Source: an uncultured Alphaproteobacteria bacterium
GTDB taxonomy: Bacteria > Pseudomonadota > Alphaproteobacteria > RF32 > CAG-239
Length of the DNA stretch: 64,000 nucleotides
Assembly (NCBI GenBank): GCA_944393175.1
Contig: CALXZH010000031.1
Span: forward strand, 2,117-66,116
Direction: 5' to 3'
The notes under the pieces are model-generated. The model ran no database searches, was not told the DNA's origin, and saw nothing but the letters and a program-made list of their open reading frames with translations. Each line of letters opens with the position of its first letter. Position 1 is the stretch's first letter. Made by a program: the position numbers and the translations under genes. Positions 31,075 to 39,456 of this stretch are shown here, piece after piece.

Positions 31075-31599
31075 TTATTTGGTTTGCAAAAGAGCCGTCA
31101 GATGTTGGTAAAAATCCGTTGCGTAAGGAAAACGGGTGTTTGGTGCTAAACGGGAAAATATTTGTAAGCGGGTGGATACAAGTGCAGAGTTGGGTGAGGT
31201 ATCCTGTGGCAGTCCTATAATTTTTAATATTTCCTCATGGGTATAAGGCGTATCTTTGGCTTTATCTTCTTGTGCTTGGCGGTGAAATTTGTATTGCAAA
31301 ACTTTGGCATAAATGCCTTTGCCCGAATTTTTTAGACAGCTCTTTAGCAGATAATTATGCACTAAGGTTAAACATAAAACAAAGATTATGATTGCTAATA
31401 TTATTTGAAAATAAAAGTCTTTTATTGTCAGCCATGCAAAGCCCGCATAAAACAAAAAACCCCAGAGCAAATTTAAATGCGCGTTTGAAGGGTAGGTGAC
31501 ATAAAGTTTACGTGAATCTTTATCGGTAAGGGCAATATAAGCCTGATTTAAGGCGTAGCCGCAACCGATAAAAAACATAAGATAGGCCAGTTCTTTCAT
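31075..31599 (-). CDS. Membrane protein with degenerate C-terminal J-domain-like segment
   Basis: Three TM helices, then EEILKIIGL..RLAPN (HPD absent); sits right after mipZ. Confidence 0.55.
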   Translation of the reverse strand: MKELAYLMFFIGCGYALNQAYIALTDKDSRKLYVTYPSNAHLNLLWGFLFYAGFAWLTIKDFYFQIILAIIIFVLCLTLVHNYLLKSCLKNSGKGIYAKVLQYKFHRQAQEDKAKDTPYTHEEILKIIGLPQDTSPNSALVSTRLQIFSRLAPNTRFPYATDFYQHLTALLQTK

Positions 31600-31601
31600 C
31601 T

Positions 31602-32402
31602 TTATTCCGGACAAATAAATTCAGCCAAAGCTCTGATTTCTCTTTTAGCTGCAATGTGAGATACACTCATTTTACGCTTGAGTTCGTCGGTTTGCATGTC
31701 AAGAACCGTTAGCCCTTCTAAAAACAGTTCTTTATAAATAACGCGGTCTTTGAAGCCTTGCGTAACTCTAAATCCATATAATTTTGACAGCTTTTCCAAA
31801 TATTCAAAAAATAAAGTTTTATTGTGTGAATTCAGCGGAGATATTTTATTGCCGACAACTATCCAGTTAAGGTAAGTTTTTCCTTGAGAGGCAAGGTATT
31901 TTTTGACTTCCCAAATGTAGTTTGCATAGTGTCCCGGCGTACCAATATGACCGGTTTCAAAGTCAATTTCCGATAATACGTTTAAGTCAATTAAACTATC
32001 TGACAGAGGGGTAATTAAGGTATCGGCAAATTTATGTGCTTCCTCAAACAGGTAGTTTTTGTTTCCGGGGGTATCAATAATGATGGCATCATAACTTGGA
32101 ATAAGTTTACTTATTTCATAGTTTACGTGTCCTCGGTCGGCCGGAATTAGGGTGTAGTTTTCTTGCGGCTCAAATTTGTAATGTGCGGGAATTGGTAAAT
32201 TTAGCTGGTGACGCTCACAAAACCGTTTGCGGTTTTCAATATATTTGGTGAGTGTGCCTTGACGTCCATCCATATCAATTGTTGCCACTGAAAAGCCTTC
32301 TTGCAGCAATTTTATGGCTAAATGCATTGAGATGGTTGATTTGCCGGTGCCGCCTTTTTCGTTGCTGACAACGATAATATGTGCTTTTTTGGTCTCTTCC
32401 AT
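31602..32402 (-). CDS. mipZ: Division plane positioning ATPase MipZ
   Basis: AHIIVVSNEKGGTGKST, DGRQ..T.YIENR, ADTLITP..DS.IDL, RVIYKELFL.GLTVLD, SHIAAKRE. Confidence 0.93.
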   Translation of the reverse strand: MEETKKAHIIVVSNEKGGTGKSTISMHLAIKLLQEGFSVATIDMDGRQGTLTKYIENRKRFCERHQLNLPIPAHYKFEPQENYTLIPADRGHVNYEISKLIPSYDAIIIDTPGNKNYLFEEAHKFADTLITPLSDSLIDLNVLSEIDFETGHIGTPGHYANYIWEVKKYLASQGKTYLNWIVVGNKISPLNSHNKTLFFEYLEKLSKLYGFRVTQGFKDRVIYKELFLEGLTVLDMQTDELKRKMSVSHIAAKREIRALAEFICPE

Positions 32403-33658
32403 TAGTATTGACTGTTAGCTAGTATAAGTTGGTTATCATTCTTAACTGCTACCACAATACAGGATTTATTTTTGCGTTTCAAGTTCTGGCACGCTTTATC
32501 CGCAGTTGATTTTTCCATCCCGACGATTTTGGAGCGGTAGATAATGGCTGATCCATTGGCAACAGGTTCTATGTCTATCGGATTGGAAGCTAGTTTTTGA
32601 GCGGCTTCTTTCTTTATTTTCAGTGCATAACTGCGGGCTTTGGAATAGTTGGAAAATGCTCCGATTTGAATTCCCCATTGTTGTTTTACTTCAGTTTCTT
32701 GAGGGGCGTTTTGTTGTGCTATCCAATCTTTTTGAGTGCTTGAATTATCAACAGATGCAGTTTTGGTGCCTTCTTCAGTTATAACTTTTTTGCTCTCTAG
32801 GCTGGCATACATGTTACTTTCTTTAACGCGATCATTTAAGGCTAATCTTTTTAAGCCTTTATCCATCATTTTGGAAACGTGACGGTCGCGTTCTTTGGCC
32901 GTATTGTGCCCCATGGTAACCGCAATAACACGGTGTCCGTCTCGCTTGGCTGAGGTGATGATGTTAAACCCTGCGGCATTGGTAAAACCTGTTTTCATAC
33001 CATCTGCGCCTTCAAACGTTTTAAGAATATTATTGTGAGTGTAGATGGTTTGACCGTTATAGGTAAATTTTTTCAAAGAAAATAGTTTATAATATTGCGG
33101 AAAATGGTGATACATTGCGGCTGCCAGTAAAGCCATATCTCGAGCCGTGGTCTTTTGTGCCTTATTGGGGAGACCGTTTGCATTGCGGAATGTGGTGTTC
33201 TTCATCCCTAACTCTTTGGCAACTTGTGTCATGGTTTGGGCAAAGTTTTTTTCGCTATAACCTAAATTTTCTGCTAAAACTGTTGCGCAATCGTTTGCTG
33301 ATTTTACAATCAATGCTTCAATGCAAGTCTTTACCTTTACAGTCTCTCCGGCGCGAAGTCCTAATCTGGATGGTGCCATATTGGCAGCATGGCGACTGAC
33401 TTTTAGGTCATCGTCGAGTTTGATTATGCCTTTATTTAGGGCATCAAAGGTTATGTATAACGTCATGACTTTGGTGAGAGATGCCGGATAACGCAATTCA
33501 TCGGCATTGGAGGATGATAATATATCTCCGTTTTCGGCATCTATAATAATGGATGAGGTAGAGGCTTGTGCCTGAGATATATTACAAAGGCTTATTCCTA
33601 ATCCGAATAAGCTACAGACTAAAATATTGGCAAATATTCTTTTGTTCAATTGTATCAT
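32402..33658 (-). CDS. D-alanyl-D-alanine carboxypeptidase (S11) with C-terminal SPOR domain
   Basis: PASLTK, SAND, KTG motifs; WGIQIGAFS..AC..LK SPOR domain. Confidence 0.92.
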   Translation of the reverse strand: MIQLNKRIFANILVCSLFGLGISLCNISQAQASTSSIIIDAENGDILSSSNADELRYPASLTKVMTLYITFDALNKGIIKLDDDLKVSRHAANMAPSRLGLRAGETVKVKTCIEALIVKSANDCATVLAENLGYSEKNFAQTMTQVAKELGMKNTTFRNANGLPNKAQKTTARDMALLAAAMYHHFPQYYKLFSLKKFTYNGQTIYTHNNILKTFEGADGMKTGFTNAAGFNIITSAKRDGHRVIAVTMGHNTAKERDRHVSKMMDKGLKRLALNDRVKESNMYASLESKKVITEEGTKTASVDNSSTQKDWIAQQNAPQETEVKQQWGIQIGAFSNYSKARSYALKIKKEAAQKLASNPIDIEPVANGSAIIYRSKIVGMEKSTADKACQNLKRKNKSCIVVAVKNDNQLILANSQY

Positions 33659-33819
33659 TCTTCTATTTCCGCAGAAAATTTCTTGGAAATAGTATTAGCG
33701 CCAAAAAGCAAATAAATTGTTAATTTATTCTGCTAAGAACGGCTTTTTTTATAAATAATATTTTGATGTAATTTTTAGCTTGACTTTATTGTTTATTGTT
33801 TGTAAAACTCAATGGCAAT

Positions 33820-33896
33820 GGCGAACGTAGCTCAGTTGGTAGAGCCCCGGTTTGTGGTACCGGTTGTCGTCGGTTCGAGCCCGATCGTTCGCCCCA
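33820..33896 (+). tRNA. tRNA-His (GTG) with G-1 and C73
   Basis: G-GCGAACG acceptor, CCGGT-TTGTGGT-ACCGG anticodon arm, GGTTCGAGCCC T arm, ends CGTTCGC-C-CCA. Confidence 0.97.
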
Positions 33897-34229
33897 TTTT
33901 TAAAAGCTCCCTAAAAAGGGAGCTTTTTGTTTTTTTTAAGTCTTAAGGCTCGAACTTTCAGTTCGTCTGGCTCGTAAGCTCAATGAAATTTCGCTAACTC
34001 GCTGCGGTCACTTGTTTTGTAACGCTTTTTCGGCGGCGCTTGGCTTGCCTCAAAGCTAACAAACCTACGCCTGAATCAAGAAAACAATTCACAGGATTGT
34101 TTTCTTTTCTTCAGCCTCATCGTTCGCCCCATTTTTAAAAGCTCCCTAAAAAAGGGAGCTTTGTGTTTTTTAAGTCTTAAGGCTCGAACTTTCAGTTCGT
34201 CTGGCTCGTAAGCTCAATGAAATTTCGCT
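33884..34229 (+). repeat. tRNA-His-linked repeat: about 111-bp direct repeat (33884-33995 and 34119-34229) including tRNA 3' end and terminator
   Basis: ATCGTTCGCCCCATTTTTAAAAGCTCCCTAAAAAGGGAGCTTT...GCTCAATGAAATTTCGCT repeated with a 235-bp period. Confidence 0.9.
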
Positions 34230-34277
34230 CATTCCCTCATTTTTAAAAATCCTGCAACAGAGGGCTCGGGGTATTCT

Positions 34278-34709
34278 TTAATCTTCATCTTTATCGGGGA
34301 AAATTTGTTCCATTAAGTAGGAAAATAATTTTTCAAATGTTTCGAACTCTTGGCGGGAGCGGAGATTAATGCGGTCGGCTAAGGCATAGTAATTGCCTCT
34401 TTTGTCGTAATAAATCAGACTCTCATTCCAATTTCCCAATACTAGCTTGTTATTGAAGAAATTATAATCTTTGAAATTTTGATTTACTTCTTGTAGAGAT
34501 GGATATTTATAGTTTTTATTTTCTCGATAGTGGGAGCTGCAACCATATAAATTTAATCCATTATAACTACATCCGTTGCTGTATCTTAAAAATTTCTCAT
34601 ATTCTTCAGGTATGGCACAAAATTTTGCCATTAGAAGCCAGGTGTTGGTGGTTTCTATTTCCGGAGATACCGCTGGGGAAAATTTAATAAACGGCAAATT
34701 TTCAATCAT
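34278..34709 (-). CDS. YrhA-type SMI1/KNR4 (SUKH) immunity protein
   Basis: IPEEYEKFLRYSNGCSYNGLNLYG..LVLG..IYYD..YAL.DR..EF.TFE.L; start overlaps the HNH gene stop. Confidence 0.82.
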   Translation of the reverse strand: MIENLPFIKFSPAVSPEIETTNTWLLMAKFCAIPEEYEKFLRYSNGCSYNGLNLYGCSSHYRENKNYKYPSLQEVNQNFKDYNFFNNKLVLGNWNESLIYYDKRGNYYALADRINLRSRQEFETFEKLFSYLMEQIFPDKDED

Positions 34710-35310
34710 GACATATCTTTCCTTCAAATATGGGAATAAATAATTGTCGATGTTCTTTCAAAAAATTAGAGTTTAGTTGCAAATCAATTATTTTATGGAG
34801 ATTTTCATGTGTGGGATGTGTTCTTATCAGGCTTAAATTGGTTAGTTCGGCTCTACCTCCAAAATCAAACGGAATTTTTATGTGTACACTGAAGTTTTCG
34901 GGTGTAATCCCTTGTTTTAGCAAATTTATATCTTGAAAGTTTAATCCAACCGTTTTGCAGCTGTATTCATTTGTGTACGCTAGGCGTTTTAAAAATATTG
35001 CGCGGAGTTGGGTGATATCTTGATAATATTTGTCTTGTTCTTGCCAAGTTTGGGGGTTATAGGGACAAAGTTTGAGTTTAAATGTCGTGAGCTTAAATTC
35101 TTTTAATTTTCTTTGCAGGCGATTTTCCATATCTTCTATGTTTTGTCGGTTCTGCAATATTTGGTAGGAAGGTGCATCCTTAAAAGGTTGCGGTGAGGGG
35201 GATAAGCCTTTATTTAATATATCATCATAGGCGCAAAGAAGGGAGGAGTCTTCATCATACAAGGGAAGTGTCAATCCGTTTTGATGTTTTTGATTTGACC
35301 ACTCCCACAT
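34702..35310 (-). CDS. HNH nuclease-like protein of polymorphic-toxin type, probably inactive (VHH changed to VHI)
   Basis: R..FLK.LA..GL...DI..LKQG.TPENFSVHIKIPFDFGG....NLSLI..HPTHENLH; upstream of an SMI1 gene. Confidence 0.72.
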   Translation of the reverse strand: MWEWSNQKHQNGLTLPLYDEDSSLLCAYDDILNKGLSPSPQPFKDAPSYQILQNRQNIEDMENRLQRKLKEFKLTTFKLKLCPYNPQTWQEQDKYYQDITQLRAIFLKRLAYTNEYSCKTVGLNFQDINLLKQGITPENFSVHIKIPFDFGGRAELTNLSLIRTHPTHENLHKIIDLQLNSNFLKEHRQLFIPIFEGKICHD

Positions 35311-35319
35311 CCTTTGCTC

Positions 35320-37563
35320 CTATTGATTTTGATTGGTGTCGTTTTCTATATCTTCTTCATTATAATCGTCTTCATCAAAATCTTCATCATCAAAGTCTTC
35401 GTTAGGATCATATTCTATTCCCAGTTTGGAGAGCATATCTTCATTGATGTCTTCTCGCTGGGCTACAATCCAATCCGGTACATAAGGTGAGGGTGGAAGT
35501 TTTGATAATGCCAGCATTTGCTTATCTAGATAAAAACGTGGTGCGTCTGCCATAATCGGACGATCAATAAAGCCTTGCATTAAAACAACTTGTTTCAACA
35601 TTGGCAAACTTAATAATTGCGTCGTGCTGATTACGGATGTTCCTTGCAATTGATAGCTGACGTTTTTACTGAAAGGATTAGAACCTTTTTGGAAGCTAAT
35701 GCCTTCATTTTTTGAGAATGAAGTGGTTTGTACAGTCTTGTTACCAATCATTTTTGAAAAGCGTTGAGCGGTTTGTTCGTTGTTTTGTGACAAAATAACC
35801 TTACAAGCCGTGGTAGATATTACTGTTTCCAAGTCATCTTTACCATATTTACCTGAAATTTGGCCTAGGTCTTGTCCTATCAGTAAGTATGATACTTTTT
35901 GACCACGTCCAACGGCTGGTCCATCAATGATGGCTTTTAGTTTAGGCATTTGCGGAAACTCGTCCAATACAAACAAGGTGGGGAACGGTCCCATTTGACC
36001 GTCGGTCTTGTTTTGAAATTTTGGCGGGTTGGCAATTAAATATGAGGACATTAACTCAATAAAAGTTCCTGAAATTACACCTAAGGCTCGTGCATCAACC
36101 TGGTTAACGGACAGATAAACCGAAATTGGTTTCCATTCTCCCGTTATTGGGTCTTTCATACCGCGCAAATCCTTAAAGTGCAAATCAGAAAAGCTGGTAC
36201 GAGATACGACGGCCGAGTTCTTGAAAATACCAATACCGGCAAAACCGGTTGATAATACGGAGCCGCGCTCTTTATCCGGCATGGAGCTTAATTGGCTCAA
36301 TTCTACGATACAACGCGGTGAGTAGCCGTATTTTCTTGCTTCTTCAATAGCTTCTTCCAACATATCACGCATCGGGTCAGCCATCGCGGCCATTTGGTCG
36401 CCTTCATCCAAGCGGCGTTTTATGTCTTGCGATTGTTTAATTTGTGATTCCGTAATCCATTCCAAAATCATTGCCAAACAAGATTCATGACCAATCCACT
36501 TTTCAGGTAGCAATGACCAGGTTCCGATTGGAAGGTAGTTATCAATGGTTAAGGTGTCGCTATGCAGATTTTGAATGGCTTTGGCAGCCATCGGATCTCT
36601 CATTTCCAGATAATAGCCTTCCAACACTCTTTTATCTTCTTCATCGAGTTTACCTTCATAAACACGACCGATAAAATAGTCGTTGGCGCGCGCTCTTTCA
36701 CATTTTGATGCAATGAAATGTATGAAACCCGTTAGAGCTGCACGACCGGTCTTTGACCAGTGAGGATCTGCTCCGCCTTTCGGATCTTCTACCAAAATGT
36801 TACACATGGAATCAACATACATATCACGGTCAGGTCCGGGAGCCGGTAAAGCATTCGGCGACAGCGGATTCCAGCTCGGGTAATAGATACCTTCGGCCGG
36901 ATTATCTTCGGCACCCCAGTTAATGACAAATACAGGACCATCTTTTGCTCTTGCCCCGGTGGTGGTAAAGCATAGTTCAGGTTTTGGGTCGTTTACCACA
37001 ATACTTAAACCGTGAGAGTGAAATATTGTCGGAATAACCACTCCGGCAGTTTTACCGGTTCCCGGAGGTGCACAGCACAGTGTGGACAGTGTCTCTTTTA
37101 ACATTAATAAATGGCCTTTGTATTTACCGACAACCATGCAAAAGCCGTCTAATAATCCCATTTTCTTAATGTCTTTTAATTCAGCCAGTCGTGCCGAACC
37201 ATGAATGTTTGATTGAAATCTATACGGATTTGACAGTGTTCCGACAACAATACCGAAAGGAAGTGAAATGAAAGGGAGAATCGGAAGCCATAATCCGATG
37301 GAAAAGGCTCCGTGGTAATTGGATATTTGTTTTATCCAATTCCAGTATCTGGAAAAAAGGTAATTGGGGGATTCCCAAATCGTTTGCAAAAATTTTCCGA
37401 CTTCATTTAATGTGTCTTTGGAAACGCCACTGCCGATTAGGTAGCCTAAAGGCATGGATATTACCGCTAAAACGGCCGTGACCAAAAACGTGATAAGGAA
37501 AGTCAGAATTATCCACTGAACGGCATTATTATATTCTTCCCATTCTTCGCCTTTTTTTTCCAT
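35320..37563 (-). CDS. virD4: Type IV secretion coupling protein VirD4/TraG family
   Basis: N-terminal TMs, HGSARLA, Walker A APPGTGKT.GVVIP, NDPKPE, Walker B FVLDEFPQM, GRG, QDLGQI..YG; acidic C-tail. Confidence 0.92.
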   Translation of the reverse strand: MEKKGEEWEEYNNAVQWIILTFLITFLVTAVLAVISMPLGYLIGSGVSKDTLNEVGKFLQTIWESPNYLFSRYWNWIKQISNYHGAFSIGLWLPILPFISLPFGIVVGTLSNPYRFQSNIHGSARLAELKDIKKMGLLDGFCMVVGKYKGHLLMLKETLSTLCCAPPGTGKTAGVVIPTIFHSHGLSIVVNDPKPELCFTTTGARAKDGPVFVINWGAEDNPAEGIYYPSWNPLSPNALPAPGPDRDMYVDSMCNILVEDPKGGADPHWSKTGRAALTGFIHFIASKCERARANDYFIGRVYEGKLDEEDKRVLEGYYLEMRDPMAAKAIQNLHSDTLTIDNYLPIGTWSLLPEKWIGHESCLAMILEWITESQIKQSQDIKRRLDEGDQMAAMADPMRDMLEEAIEEARKYGYSPRCIVELSQLSSMPDKERGSVLSTGFAGIGIFKNSAVVSRTSFSDLHFKDLRGMKDPITGEWKPISVYLSVNQVDARALGVISGTFIELMSSYLIANPPKFQNKTDGQMGPFPTLFVLDEFPQMPKLKAIIDGPAVGRGQKVSYLLIGQDLGQISGKYGKDDLETVISTTACKVILSQNNEQTAQRFSKMIGNKTVQTTSFSKNEGISFQKGSNPFSKNVSYQLQGTSVISTTQLLSLPMLKQVVLMQGFIDRPIMADAPRFYLDKQMLALSKLPPSPYVPDWIVAQREDINEDMLSKLGIEYDPNEDFDDEDFDEDDYNEEDIENDTNQNQ

Positions 37564-37580
37564 TTACTTTCTTCTCTCTT

Positions 37581-38894
37581 CTATTTTATATTGCGAATTA
37601 ATTTTTTTACTTTTTCAAACTTGTCTTTGTCAATCCGAGGATCTGCCTCTTCTAACGTTTTGGCAAAGAGTTTGATTTCTCTTGGTGTGCCTCGATCTAT
37701 ACGTGTGACGTTAATTTTCATTTCGTCCCAGATTTCAAACATATCTTCAGCGTTTATGATGTTTCCAAGCTGAATGATTACATAAGGGGTAATTGTGAAT
37801 TTTAAATCGGCTTCTTTTAATTTCTCCTCCAATGTCTGACAGGACAAAGCAATCTTTCTCACAGGCGATATGCGATGGCTGCTTTCTGAAAACCATAATG
37901 GTTCTTCATCGTTAAATCTTTCTTCATCGGCCAGCCAGTCTCCGGGTTCCTTATCAACTAAGCAAACGCAAAGCTGTTTGTCACCAACGCCTATGAAATC
38001 TATCAGATTATTATTGAGTGTAACACCTGTAATAATTTCATAGCCTTTTTGCTTGAGTATGTCAATTATGGAGCCGTTATGTTGTGCGTTTTGAGGCGTA
38101 TCTCCTCTGTTTTGCGGCTTTTTGTTATCTCTGTTATTGGCGTTTTTGTTAAAGTCTTTCTTTTCCCTGATGGGCTTATTGGTTTGAAAATCTTTGTTTT
38201 TGTCTCGCGGCGGAGTCTTGTCTTCTTTGGCCGCAGTGTCTTTTTGGGCAGGTGTGCTCGGAGTATCAAATGCATCAAAATTGAAATCGAAGTCATCACT
38301 TTCGCCATCGTCAAATTGGAACAAGGAATGCTCAAAACTAGAAGACTCGGTTGCGCTCGGGGCACTTAAAACTGACGGCTTGGGCGTGGTATTAACCAAC
38401 GGAGCTTTTGCTTTGGGCGAAATTTGGTTGCTCAAAACAGTCGCTCGCGGCAGTACATCTTCTATTCGTTCGTCTATCGGCGCTCTTATGCTGCGCGGCC
38501 TGATTTCTTTGTATGACTTTTTTTTGCGGACGGGTTGTCCGGTTTTTTTGGTGGTAATTACCTTAACCTGCTTATAAAAAATCTTGCGAAACAGCTTTAA
38601 CGGATAAAGAACAATTTTTACCAAAATTTTATCCCAAGCTATTAAGCTCAAAGCTGCCCAGCCGGTTAGCCATAAGGGTATGAACGTTAATATAATTAAT
38701 ATAAAGGCCCATTCTTTGGGAGCTTGTATCGTCCAGCCTTGATACCAAAGATTATACAGGTGTTCCCAGTGGCGAGAGCGAAAAATATCAAAATGCCAGT
38801 TGGTGAGCATAATAACCCTTATCCCTTCCAGAAAAAATATGCTCCAGAAGATACCGACAAATATTATGCGAATGGTTATCAATAAGGGTTTCAC
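37581..38894 (-). CDS. Membrane protein with low-complexity linker and C-terminal NERD / PD-(D/E)xK-like domain
   Basis: TM N-domain; IDFIGVG..LCVCLVDKEPGDW..W..SP pattern similar to NERD, ExK motif altered; GTG start. Confidence 0.6.
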   Translation of the reverse strand: MKPLLITIRIIFVGIFWSIFFLEGIRVIMLTNWHFDIFRSRHWEHLYNLWYQGWTIQAPKEWAFILIILTFIPLWLTGWAALSLIAWDKILVKIVLYPLKLFRKIFYKQVKVITTKKTGQPVRKKKSYKEIRPRSIRAPIDERIEDVLPRATVLSNQISPKAKAPLVNTTPKPSVLSAPSATESSSFEHSLFQFDDGESDDFDFNFDAFDTPSTPAQKDTAAKEDKTPPRDKNKDFQTNKPIREKKDFNKNANNRDNKKPQNRGDTPQNAQHNGSIIDILKQKGYEIITGVTLNNNLIDFIGVGDKQLCVCLVDKEPGDWLADEERFNDEEPLWFSESSHRISPVRKIALSCQTLEEKLKEADLKFTITPYVIIQLGNIINAEDMFEIWDEMKINVTRIDRGTPREIKLFAKTLEEADPRIDKDKFEKVKKLIRNIK

Positions 38895-38952
38895 AGATTC
38901 TTTTCTCCGCTGATTCTTTTTTGCTTCAGTTTACACTTTAATGGTTAATTCT

Positions 38953-39456
38953 TTATTTAAGCTTTTTGCCCTCAAATCTTTCTTTTAGGCTTTCTCTCAG
39001 AACTTCTGAGGTCTTTTCTTTCTTTTCCATGTCGTCTTTAATTGTCTTTAGCTTGTTTTCAATAAATTCATTCGGGTCGATTTTTTTGCCAGTGGTGCCC
39101 ATATTTTTTAAGACAATGCGTGAGGCTGCTTGTCCGTATTTGGCTAATTTCTTGTTGTTATACCAAAGTATCGGAGCAAGAAGAATAGCTACAAAATTTC
39201 TATGATATAAATATTTCCAGCCCATTATCCAGACAGGAATTATCAGTAGCAATGTAATGAAAAAACAATAGTCTTTAAATTGTTTAATTGAGCCGCCTTG
39301 CTCCCAGTAGGCCGAAATGATATTCCAATCGCTGGCGGATAAATAATTAAAATTCCAAGCAGATGCCATTAAAAACAGACTGGCATATAAATAAATATAT
39401 GTCCAGACTGCTCCAATGAGTATAAATTTTGAAATTTTTAATATTTTTTTTAACAT
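38953..39456 (-). CDS. Membrane protein, paralog of the N-domain of 37581..38894
   Basis: Shared G..W..W.F......W......W.QG..I...K...F..IP.W..GW pattern. Confidence 0.75.
   Translation of the reverse strand: MLKKILKISKFILIGAVWTYIYLYASLFLMASAWNFNYLSASDWNIISAYWEQGGSIKQFKDYCFFITLLLIIPVWIMGWKYLYHRNFVAILLAPILWYNNKKLAKYGQAASRIVLKNMGTTGKKIDPNEFIENKLKTIKDDMEKKEKTSEVLRESLKERFEGKKLK

Noticed and set aside
16132-33399. Many short antisense or alternate-frame ORFs in the ORF track
   Set aside because: They lie within well-supported genes, lack RBS and motifs, and are typical shadow ORFs
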